A stretch of DNA of 64,000 nucleotides. Origin: Candidatus Omnitrophota bacterium (GTDB lineage: Bacteria > Omnitrophota > Omnitrophia > Omnitrophales > Aquincolibacteriaceae). A program made the translations under genes and the position numbers. Positions within the stretch are counted from its first letter, which is position 1; each line of letters begins with the position of its first letter. The notes under the pieces are model-generated. The model ran no database searches. It saw only the letters and a list, made by a program, of their open reading frames with translations, and was not told where the DNA came from. Of the stretch, positions 31,301-43,300 are shown piece after piece. The stretch spans positions 13,381-77,380 of the forward strand of contig DAOPYQ010000004.1 of NCBI GenBank assembly GCA_035352955.1, written 5' to 3'.

Positions 31301-34300
31301 TGACGGCGGCATAAGGCGCTAGGCCCTTTTGCTCAGCCTCGGGCAATTCCCAGCCATCGCTTAACGTGGCCGTGCCGATATGAATACGGGTCTTTCCGTC
31401 CTTCGCTTCGGCCTCGAGCAACTCCGCTCTTTTTTCAACAGAGATCCCGCGAAGATTCACGGACGCATTGACCTTTCGCGGTGAGCCCTTGATCGGTTCT
31501 TCCCGGGGCGGCCATCCCAGCGTAGGTCCGACATGGCGGAAATAGTTTTGAGAACCGGTTTGGTCTCTCTCCGAATTTAGGAAATCATCCGGGTAAGATA
31601 CCCAAAGTTCCTGCCCGTTCTTTAATTTGACCAGATACTTGTATTCATAAGTGCCTTCTTTGAGACGGCTCGTGATCATCCACTCCGTTTCCCCCTTCCT
31701 TGTACCACTCCGCATCTTAAACTCCGGGGCAGCCTTCCAGTCGTTAAACGACCCCGCCAAATAAACCGCCTCGATATCGCTTTCGTCAATTCCTCTAGGC
31801 CGAAATTGGAATGTGACATCAGCGCTATACGGTAAACGCCGCTCCGCGCGGCGGCCATCTCTCGCTGCCGGCGGGAAAGTGTTTGAATTAACCAAATTCG
31901 ACTGCCTCTCAGCCCGTTCGAGCGGAACAGGCGTAAGGACCGGGGCGCCGGGGTCCAGGGCGTACTTCTGACCAAAGAACCGGAATTGCAATTTGCCCTG
32001 GATAAAATCAAATGGGTCGAACGATTCCCCTTCCGGAACGGGTTCCGCATTCCAATCCGTCGCGCCCGTTTTTTTCTCAAGCTTATGCGGAAACTCAACC
32101 GGACCGGGCACTATTTCTTTTTCACTTTTTCTCCAAAGTGCGTTCCATCGGGACGCCGGCTTTTCAATAACGACCTCCCGCGCATAGAGCAGCGATCGTT
32201 TATGGTCCCGGTCATACCTCACCATAAAAAGGCGTATCCGGTCCGTGGAAATCCTGTAAAAATGGAGGCCGCTCACCATCCCCCGAAAAGGTTTTTCTTC
32301 AAAAACCGGTGTGACCTTCCCGTCCTTGACCGCAACGCACAAAGTCCGGGGATCCGAATCGCTCCTCCAGGTGCGCACCTTCATCTTTTTGGCGACCACA
32401 AGCACCGAGAACGGCAGGTCCGCAGCTTCCACGACTTCTCCCCAAAGAAGATCCCTGTCCTTGAACCGCTCCATATTTTTGGAGGCCTCCTCATCGGAAA
32501 CACCAAGCCTTCGGAACGCTTCGGCAATATCGGAGCGTCCTTCCAGATACATGCCCGGGATCTCTTCCCCGTTCCGGAGTTCTGCGCGGACGTTTTCGCT
32601 CTGTTCGATAAGCGGTTTCAGGATCAGGGCCAGAGTCTGCGGCGTCACGTGCCCTTTTGGAAAAGGAAGGGTATTGCCTATACCCGCCAATTCTTCTTTG
32701 TCGAGCCACACGCCCGAGATAAAAATGATCGGCGTCCTGATCCCCAATTCTTTCCGGAATCTCAGCGCAACATGATTCCCATTCCAACGCTCTCTCACCG
32801 TGCGGAAATCCTCTCCTCGCAAGCGAGCGGCATTTTCTTCATCAAGACGAAATTTCAAATCATCCAATGGCATGCTCACATCCGAAAGGATCAGGTCGAC
32901 CTCGCCGGCGTGCTCTTTCAGATAATCGAACATTTCTTTTCCGTCTTTGACGGAAACGGTCTTGATCTCCGAACGCCCCAGGGACCGGATCCCCGCTTCG
33001 TGATCAGACCGGAAATTCGCCTCATCGTCCGCGATCAGGATCGTCCGGACCGGCCTTTCAAAATGAAGTTCTGAGATCCCGGAAATAAAAGACTTCACGG
33101 CTTCCGCCTCTTCCGGAGAAAGTTCCTTCGCGACCTCGACCACTTCAGAGGTAACCCGCAAATCTTCCTTCCGGAGACCTTCACAAATACCGCGAAACCG
33201 GCTGGCCATATCGAGCTTCCAAACCTTCATCGAAATGTCCGCGAAACCTTCCTTCGCGATATTCTCCCGATACTCTCGAAGCAGACCGTCCAGCTGCGTC
33301 AGCATAAAAGCCCGCGCCTTTTGAAGATGGGCTGTCGCCGCCGCCCCATGCGAAGCACCACGGACCGCCGCCAAGGCGTCTCCGTAGATCTTGAGGATCT
33401 TTTCCCTGTGGATGCGTGCGATCACTTCCATTTTATCCTGCTCGCCCCGGACGAACGCGTCCCGCCACCTCTGCCACCAGGCGCCGCCCGATTTGACAAA
33501 ACCGCTTCGAAGCTCGGCACGGTCCGGGCGATCAAAATTCCGAAGCTTCCGGGTCAGCGCGTCGAATTGTTCCCCGAAAAGGAATCGTACATAACGGGCA
33601 TGAAAATGATGCTGGAGCGATTTGACCGCGGTATAGATCACGGACGCCCGCGAGGCAAAAAGATGCGCCAGACGGTTCTGCGCATAAAGCTCGTTGAAAA
33701 GGATCCCGCCGGTCACCCGGATCCCGTTATCGATAAGACGCTGGTTGGGTTCCCTGCCCGCCGCCCGCTGCGCACTGTAACCGTAAACAACGTTTTTAAT
33801 CCCGGCGCTCATGATCAATTTCTCGCACCATTCGCAGGGAGCCATCGTCACGAAGAGCGTCATCGAACCCATCGGATCTCCCAACCGGTCATTCACCCAG
33901 GTAAACAGCGGAAGATCGGCTTCCGGGAAATAGCGACTGATCTTCAGAGAGAACCTCAGATAATCGATCGTCGTCTTGATCTTTTCCGCGTCCTCGAACC
34001 GAACACCGGCGGTCTGCCGGGCCTGAAAAATTTTATCAAGCGCATCTACGATGGCCATACGCTCGGCGTGCTGCTGTCCCAGTCCGTTCACCGCGAGGGA
34101 GACCCCTTTCCCGTTTTGATCCACCACCATCCCTCCAACCTTGACCATTGAGGAAAACGGAAAAGCACGGAACGGGTAAGCCGCAACATAATTCATGACC
34201 TGCCGCATAGAACTCTCAAGCTTCGCGCGGTCCTGCAGGCCCTCCGAAACAACCCCCTCGCTTCGGAGCTCTGCGCGAACGACCAGCAAAGTTTTTAAAT

Positions 34301-37300
34301 AATCTTCCAGGGAGCTGAGGACCTCTTGATAGTCTTTCCTGGCAAGAACTTCCGGACGCTTGGACAGAGCTTCGCGGAACTCGCGCGTTTTGACGCCCAG
34401 TTCGCGCGCTTCTTCGTCGCTCCCGCGCCGGATCACAAAATCCGCGTTTGCCTTCGTGGGCTCGACAAAATCTTTTTCTCCTGCGGCCACATTGTCCCAG
34501 AGCGCGAGGGTGCGGAACGGATCCTTGAACTGCCGCTCCGTCACGTCCCGCCACAGTCTCCGCATGAACCGGATCTGCCACGGCGTATCGAGATAAACTT
34601 TCAAAACAGGCACGTCGGACGCAACCGCCGCGGTAAGTTTCGGGTGCAAGGTATGAAGTCCTTCGACGCCGATCACATCTTTGCTCCCAAGCACCGGCTC
34701 TCGCGCAGGCTCCGGCTTTCCGAACGTGCTGGCCGGGATCACGGCTGTTCCGTCTTCGTGGAATTTCTGCACCGTTCGCGCCACCGCCGCAAGATCGTAA
34801 GCATCAATGTGGTCAAAATCAGGCTTGCCGTTACGGAGCGGACATTCCGCCTCCGGTTTAAAATAGCGGTCTTCCGGCACCCATTCGATCTTCCGGCCCT
34901 GTGCCGCCATCAAAGCGTCAAACTCATTGAGCATCCATGATTTCCCCGTCGCGGAAGGCCCCGCCACGAGCAGCACTCCCCTCGGCGGCAATTGCCGCAG
35001 CCTCTCCGAAAACGCTCCCTTCACCTCATCCCACGTTCCAGAGCGGAGTTCGGCGCGACCACGCTCGGAAGACAAGGACGCCGCGAGTGAATTCAGAACC
35101 CGGGTCACACGTTCGATCCTTTGATCCGCCTCAGGGCCTGCTTGAAATTCCCTCAGCCCGTCCGCCCAAAGCTCCGTTTTCAGGAGAAGTCTTTCGAGTT
35201 TATCCTTTTCGACGGGGAGATCCTGCGCAATCCTTTCTTCAATGGACGTCAGCCTCGAAAGAAGTTTACTGGAATAAGCCAGAATGAAAGCCTGCCGGTC
35301 TTCGGAGTTGGGAGCGGACCGGATCTTCGAGATCAGCCGTTTGATGAACCGCTCGTTATATTCCGGCCGACGGTCCGTAAGGAACGAGGTCTTTTTAGCG
35401 TCCACGATCCGGGGAGGAAGAACCTGTCTTTCGCCGATCAACTCGGGGACAAGAGTTCCCGCGGTCACTTCCGCGACGATCTCATTTTCAACAAGTTCGT
35501 CAAGCGCATCCTGGCTGGTCATGACTTTGGCAAAAGACGCCAAGGGCATCAAGGCGGCGGAAAGCTCCGGGTGGAACGCTTCATGTTCCCGTCCAAGAAC
35601 GCTGGCCAGGATATGTTGAAAATAATTACGCCGGCTCTCGCGGGTCCAGTCGGCCGTCAGGCGATCAAAATAAGGCCTGTTATGACTGGCGATCTCCGCA
35701 AGCATGGCTACCGTGATCGCCCGGAGATCAACTCCGCCGCCCTGCAACGCGAGCTGGTAGCCCTCGCGCGCCGCCAGAAAATACTTTTCGTTCAGGTCCA
35801 GGCCTTTCCAGACAACGGTTTTTATTTCTTCCAGCAGTTCCAGGTCGAGCTTTTTGGAAGACGGCGTCACGGAGGCGCTTCCCGCCAGGTAGAGTTCTTT
35901 GATATCTCTGAAATAGATCTCGTACTTTTCCCCATTCTGTCTTTTCTTTTCCGCCGTGACCCCCAGGGCTAGGCTGATCAAAATCTGTTCGCGAGAATGT
36001 TTTTCCCAATCTTCGCCAAATTGCTCCACCTTTTTTTCCAGCGCATTAAAAATGAACCGGGTCATACCAACACCGACTAAAAATTCCGCCCCTATGCTCT
36101 CATGCCCCATCGAGACGCCAAAAAGATGAAGCCCGAGATAGGTCATGACCACGATCCCGAGCGGCACCAGGCCGGTGTAAAGAATATGCCCGATCACCGT
36201 CGGACCGAACATCCGGTAAGTCCGAAGCACGGCATATTGAAAGCGATTCATCTTTACGCCCGGCAGCTCCACTTTCCCATCCGAAAAATGTTCCGTGACC
36301 GCCGAAACCGCATCTTCCATAAAATCGCGACCTTTTTCAAGATCCTCGCCTTCCGGCGATCCCGGCAGCGGCGCAAAACCGATAGTTTTGTGCGCGAACC
36401 GGTTCCTCGGCATACGCCCTTTTTCCAGAACCGGCCGCGGTGAAAGAAAATGGCGCCGGACCACGCCGAAAAGGAATTCGGGAGAATCAAAAAAATGAGT
36501 CTCTCGCAAAGCTCTCATCAGATCCCCGGAGCCCTCAACCCGCTGGATCAATTCCTCTCCCGGATTTCTGTATTTTTTCCACCGCCCGGAGTTATAAAAA
36601 TCCGTTATCGCCGGAAGCAGGTTCCGCAGGATCCCGGCTTCGACCTTTTTTCGCGCAGCCGGTAAGACCTGCGCCATGGAACGCGAAAAATGCTGCGCCT
36701 TGAAGTTGATCCGATCCGCTTGAGCCAGCACCGCCGGATCGACTTCCGTTTTCACATACCGCTCGTAGGTCCCAATCAAACGGCTGATACCCGTCATATC
36801 CAGGTCGCGACCTTCGGCGTCCAGATAACTTCCCATCATGTCGAGCGTGGCGAGCGCGATCAGGAATTCGCAGGCCCGCTCGATCTCTTTCTGCTCCGTA
36901 ATCCCGGCCCTGCGAAGGTCCCGGACAAAAGCCACCAGTCCGTCGAGTTTCTCAAGCGAGTAACCCAGCGCATGATGTTTAATAGAAAGCAGTAATACGG
37001 AATCCCCGGAGATATCAAGGTCCCCGTACCTTACGGGGTTCTTCGAGAGAACCTCGTAAGAATCATTTTCATGCTCGTGGAAGCTGTAACTTTGTTCAAT
37101 ATCGCCGACGGCCATCTTCTTCGCCTGATATTTTGTGACCTTCCCGATATCGTGCCCAAAACAGGCGGCCTCAATCCTTGCGCGATTTTCGTTTGCCAGA
37201 CGCCGAATAAAGATTATCGCCTGCCAGGGAACGCGTGGATCCCGAAAATGAGGGCCTTCGATCTTCCGGAGAGCTTTCAACATCGCTCCGATATGGTCCT

Positions 37301-40300
37301 GAAGATAACGGCCCTCCTGATGCCACCGCTGATTAAAATTATGGGCCTTTGGAAAATTGGCATAAAGGGTCGGGAGCCCTTTGAGCTTCGATGCCATCGC
37401 CTGAACATCATCCCCCGGCTCAGAGCGGAGTTCGGCACGAACGGCCTGCGGCCCGACCTCGTCAAAAAGAGACGCCACATCGATCAACACTTCGTTGCCG
37501 TTCCGGACAAAAGGGATCCCGTAAATTTCCACCCTCTTATTTTCCGGGAGCTCGCGAAACTGGGCCTGGACGGCCGTGAGGTCCGAATCCTCAGGGATCC
37601 GGTCCATATCTGCCGCCACTTTGATCGCGATCCTTTCCATCGCGTCCTCGATCTCGAGAGGAGGATACTCCCGGCTAAGCAAATTGCCTGTAAACACCGT
37701 TTCTCCGCCGGGCACAAGCAAGGAGACATGCGCCAGAAGCCTCATCCATTTAGCGAACCGCTTGTAGGAAGCATCGTACTTCACAAGCCGTGTCGGGACG
37801 CTGACCAACCGATACCTCATATCGATCGCGTCGCGCCATTGCTTACGGAGCATTTCCTCCTCTTGGCCGAAGATCTTACGGATCATGGCGTTCAGCGACA
37901 GGATCTCGCCGGGGGTCAGGTCTTTCTCCGAATTTCCGGAGGTTTTGGCCAATTTTTCGAACCGGTACTGGTCATAAACTTCAAGAGACTGTTGACGCGT
38001 CTTTGGATCAAACCAACCCACCACCGTCGCGAGCCGGGCCGGGTAATACACCATGCTGTCCGACAGGACCGCCGAGGCGTCCACGATATTGTGTAGCACC
38101 AGCTTCAGAAAACCTTTCTCGTCCAATCCTTCCATGAATTTCTGATAACGAAGTTCCCCCAAAGATAACAACCCGACGCTCATGTGACGCCGGATCAGCC
38201 GACTGACGGCTTCTGCTCTCGCAGACGGCAACGAAAGCTCACCCCGGATAAACTGTTCGGCAAAAATGCCGCCCCGCTCCTCATGTCCTGCGTCCGTGGC
38301 CCCGGACGTGTACCCGGTGTCATGCAATTTGATCTCGAGCCACATTTCCGTTCTTTCGGCCGGCGTGAAAGTCTCAAAATAGGCTTTCAGCCTCCTGAGA
38401 TTCTGGCGATACCCCTCTTTATCTGCGTCGGAGGTCCCGCTCGCCAACCGGCGCACAAAGTACTCCGTATTTCCAGTGGCAAGCGCACGGAAGAAACGCT
38501 CCGCGCGGATCATGTGCCGCGCGCGGTCAGGATTAGGCTTGAGACCCAACGCCGGATTTCCCTCCCGGATCAACCGGAGAGCCTCGCTCGACACCAGATC
38601 GAATTTTTCAACTTCGAGATCCGGAACATAAGTCTTCACGGTCCTCATCACCGCTTCGTTAACGTTCCCCGGCGCCGCGAGTCCCGTCAAAGCTTCCTGG
38701 ATCTCATTAACTGTAATCTGAATATAGGCAACGCTTTTTTCCTTCCCCGCTTTCCGCGCAACCTCTTGCTCATCCCTGGCATCCCCAAGAGCCTTATTCA
38801 AAACCGCCACGGCTTCCTCACGAGCTCTCTCCCCAAGCCGGATCTCGGCCCGGGCTTCCTTGGCCCGGGCACGAGTGAGTGTCCCCGGCGTACCCGGTAC
38901 CGTTCCCGCGGAACCCTCCGACTTCGGAAGATCAAAGTTGCGGCGAAGATTCAACTGATTGGCCAAATCGTAGGCATTCGGGAAACTTCCCGAGAGAAGA
39001 ACGCTTGGCTGTAGCTTTTGCATTTCCTTCTCGGTTTTAGGGCGCAACAACGCAACAGTGTAAATCCTTCGTTGTCTTCCCGCTGCGACCTTTTGGGCAG
39101 CTTTGATCTCACCAAGCCCATCCCCAATAACCATCATCGTCGGATTCTGGTTTTCTTCGGAGAGACGCTCCAGCGCCGTTGCTTTGCTAAATTCCCCGCT
39201 ATAGGGCCACTCACGCGCATTGATCAAGTTCACAAAATACTTACTCAAACCAAGTTCATCTAAAATCTTCCGGGTCAAATAATGGTTGCCGCTGAGCAAA
39301 TACTGCTTGATGCCGCGCCGATGATATTCATCTAGATTTTCCAATGCCCCGGGGATAAGGTACTGCTCCATGTTCGTCTTCCATTCGGCAAGACGCTTCT
39401 GGACGTAAGCATCCTGGACTAAAAAGTATTCCGTTGCATACTTTTTCCCGATAGTTGCGGCTTCATCTAGACTGCTGCTCACCCGCTGGGCTGCAAGCGT
39501 AAACCGTTGTTCGTCGGAAATACCCAAGGACTCTTGAAAAAATCGTCTCGCTTCTGCTAAAAGTTCGCCGGTAATCATCTCCGAGGCATTCTTAACCCAG
39601 ATCTTCGCGATGATCTGAGCCTCCATAGCTTCCCAGACTTCTTCCACGCCAAAAATGGTGTTGTCAAAATCCCACACAATAACTTCCGCCTGCTCTAAAA
39701 TCTCTTCCTGTATCCGGACATCCCCATTCCGCATCTCGGCCCGGGGAGTCACAACCCCTCCCTCGCGGACGCCGTCCGGTGCGACCGTTTTGCTTTCGGC
39801 GGGAACGGTCGTAGCCCAGTGGGTGGTGAGGAGCGGAAGATGGAAGATCCGGCGGAACAGCAGTTCAAAAAAGACCTGGTAGTTGATCCGTATCTGCCGG
39901 TTCCAGAAAAAATCTTTGTACTTCCGGTAAGTCTCCCCCACGCGGATCTTCCCGCTGACAGGGTCCCTTACGGCCCTGCTTTTCCAAAATCCAAAGATCG
40001 CGCCCGGTCCATAATGCGCCGGCCGGTATTTCTGTTTCTCTTTTCCCCGAAGACTCGTGAGCCAGCGATCACCGAGTTCGTAACGGTAATTCTGAATATA
40101 GCCGGACCGGAAATTCGTCGCGGCGCTCCACCGGAACACGGCGTCCCCGGACGGATTCTCGATCACCCTCCATCCGCACATCGCCCTGGGAACGGATTCA
40201 TCCTCATAGTAGATGCGCCCGAGATAGACATCTTCATTAATAGGATAGGAAGGAAGCGGCGGAAACGCGAACAGGAACGAGAACATGCTCGGTCCCATCG

Positions 40301-43300
40301 GCGCGCGGTTCCGTTCCGGCCACCATTTCTCGTCCCACTCGCTTTGCGACGGACCCAGCTGCCCCCGCGAAGTGGTCATCACGGGCGACACGCGCTTCAT
40401 CGCGTTATTCCCCTTGGCGGAATCGATCAAAAACAGGACGTTCGAAAGAATGTTCTTGTCTGAGATCCCGATGTCGTCATCCATCAATCCAAGGATCGTC
40501 GCTTTTGCATTATCACGGGCATATTCCACGATCGCGTTCACCGCGTTGGTCTTCCCCGAAAAGATCTCCCGGTATTTTTTGACCCACTCTATCCGGCGCG
40601 GATCGTGACGCTTTTCCCAAAACCCGTTTAAAGCATCCTGGATCCTCGTCGCGACTGAGACAACCCGGGGATCAAAAACCTGCCTCCCAAAGATCTCCAC
40701 ATACTCTCTACCATGCAACCGCCCCGCAAGCGGCATATGGATCACGGTCACGGGAATCTCCGAAGTGGAGCGTTCCTTTTGGAATTGCAACACCGCGGCG
40801 AGATAAGCCCCTTGTTCCAGGCCATTCACATTGATCACCAGCTCGGCGTTCCAGTTCTTTTCTTGCTTAGCGGACTCGCGACGGAGAATTTTCAAGGAGT
40901 TCAGGACCGTCTCGAAAAAAGCGACCCGTTTTTTAGCGTACGCTTTTGTTTCTTCTTCCGTACCACCGCTATACGCCGACGGGATCCCGATGACGATCGA
41001 TTGTTGATCGCTACGGATCACCTCTCCGGCCTTCGCCTGATCGATCTTTCGATCGCGGAGAAAATCCGCCACATCGGTATAGACCTTCCCGAAATATTCC
41101 TTGTAGTCCTTTGTCGCAAAGACCGTTTTTCCGTCCTTCGCGCTATAGATCTTCAAAATAACGGGCCGCCCGTCCTCAAAAACAGCAAACCCACCCCTCG
41201 ACCGAAGCTCCGCGCGACGAAGGTCCTGACTTAGCGAACGCCCTCCGCTAAAATAGGGCGCAAAATCCTTTTGGATCCTCCGGATCGTCTGCATGACGCT
41301 CGCCTGTACCGAAGGCGACCGTTGTCCTTCGCCAAAAACACCCCCGCGATCACGAAAATAAAGAGTGTCCAGAAAATCCACAAGGAAGAACCAAGGAAGG
41401 ATATCAAGCTCCTCATCGCTGAGCCGACTTGTCCCGGCTTCCTTTTGATACGCCTTCAGAGCTCGTAGAAGTTCTTCGGCTGTCCCATGAACGTATGCCT
41501 TCGCCCCCCCACGGCCGGAACGGAAAAGGAGGCCCGTAAAATCTTCAATTCGATAACCGAACCGTGACGCTTCCCAGTCGATAATCTCCCGAATCTTTCC
41601 GGCATCATCAAAAAAAAGGTTGGCAAAATTAATATCGGAGTTGATCGGCTGACGAGAGATCTTCCGGAGAGCCTCCCGGACTTTCGGAAAAGCCTCGTCA
41701 AGGAGAGACAAAATCAACGCACTATCTTCCGGGGGATAGTTCTTTCGAATATTCTCACGAAAAATCCGGCGGCTGTTCTCCATGTCATCAAACGCATGGT
41801 CACGGACCCAGCGATTCAGCTTAGGCCATTCTGTTTCACGAACACCTGCGGTAGCAGAATGAATCCTGGCCAACCAACGAGCAACTTCTCCCATCATTTC
41901 CGGCGTTGCCTCTTCCCGTTTGATGCTCCGATACCCGGCAATCCACCGTTCGACCATGAAATACCTCACCGCATCCACCGAACCGCCCTTGATCCGAAAG
42001 ATCAGATGCTCTGCATCCTTCTCACCCGACCGGTAGATCACGGGGATCGGAACACCTCTTTGAAGGTTACGGTGAATCACCTCGGCAACGAAAAGCATCT
42101 GCGTTTCTTTACCGACCGGATCGAGGTCCGTAATCGGCTTGATGCAAAATTTCCCCTTCGAAGTCTCAAGGACTGGAAGGGTTTTCTCATTGTGAGTGAA
42201 AAAGCTAATCGCCCGAAGTTCGCCCAATTGATACTCATCAAAAAGACGCCGGATCTCATCGGGGGTCCATCCCTCAAATGCTTTGGCAATATCAGCCTGA
42301 AGCTGATCAGAACCCAGGCTTTTCAGCAGCATCTCCCCGTGGGACGGTCCCCGGATCCCCTGTCCAACATCCCGTGTTCGTGACATTGCAAACACCGGGT
42401 CTTTGTACGGTTCCTGACGGCGCAATTCGGCGCGTGATTCTTTCCGTTCCGACCGCGCGCGAAGTTCATCGAGAGCGGCGCCAACGTCTTTCCCGAGGGC
42501 TTCCATGTACCCCTGGATCTCACGGCCAAGTTTCGTACGCGCTCCGGGGTCTCCCTTGAAATCAAAAAAGCCGTCCAGCATGTCGAGGAGCCGGTTCGCT
42601 CGCTCGGAAAATCCCCGGTCCGGAAAGAAAGATTGAAGGATGTAGGCGGAACGCGTGAGATAACGCGCGATATAATCATCCTCAAAAAAGTCCATGTGAT
42701 CGCCGTCGATCGCCACACCGAAACTGCGCTCCAACATCCGCCGGTTGTACAAAAAGTCCGCGTACTTGAGAACGTCATTCGTCTCAAGCGCCGTCGGCTC
42801 GGCCGCGCTCGGCTCTCCCATCAGCGTGACAGAATCCATGATCGCGGGATGGAATTCCGAATTCCCGGCCATGATAAAAAGATCCATCTGAAAAGGCTTG
42901 TGATACGCCGGCAGCGCGTCGGGGAAAAGCTCGGGAAGAAGACGGGCCTTGAGATTCCCCTGGAACAATTTGCTCGAAGGATGCCGGAATTCAAGAATCA
43001 GATCGAAATCCGAGGGGACGCGAGCACGGCCGACCCAGCTCCCGAAGGCCTCAAGACGCACCATCCGGAAACCGCGTTCCTGCATCTCATGGACAAAGGC
43101 CTCCATATAACGCGACAGGGAAACATACCGGGTTTCGTTCCCGGGAGCCACTTGGGAGGCTTTGGCGTACAGGGAATCCTCCGTCGCCTTCTGGGCCTTT
43201 TTGAAAACATCCCCAAAATCTTCATTCACCCAGAGGTGGGGCCGGACCTCCACCGGGATCTCCGGAATATGGCGCACCACTTCCCTCACCTTGTGCCGAC

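Noticed and set aside
29421-31322. Long + strand ORFs inside the giant genes (for example 29421..31322 at 633 aa, 45699..47603 at 634 aa, 47868..49469 at 533 aa, 31986..33074, 37071..38096 and dozens of shorter ones)
   Set aside because: They are antisense to a 31.5 kb uninterrupted minus-strand ORF. They are Arg/Pro/His-rich with no domain motifs. This is typical shadow-ORF composition in GC-rich DNA.
39745-41199. Glycosyltransferase (GT2, DxD) call for the giant 2 segment containing LMDDDIGIS
   Set aside because: Only a single DxD-like tripeptide supports it. The surrounding sequence shows no GT-A signature that I can recognise. It is left unassigned.
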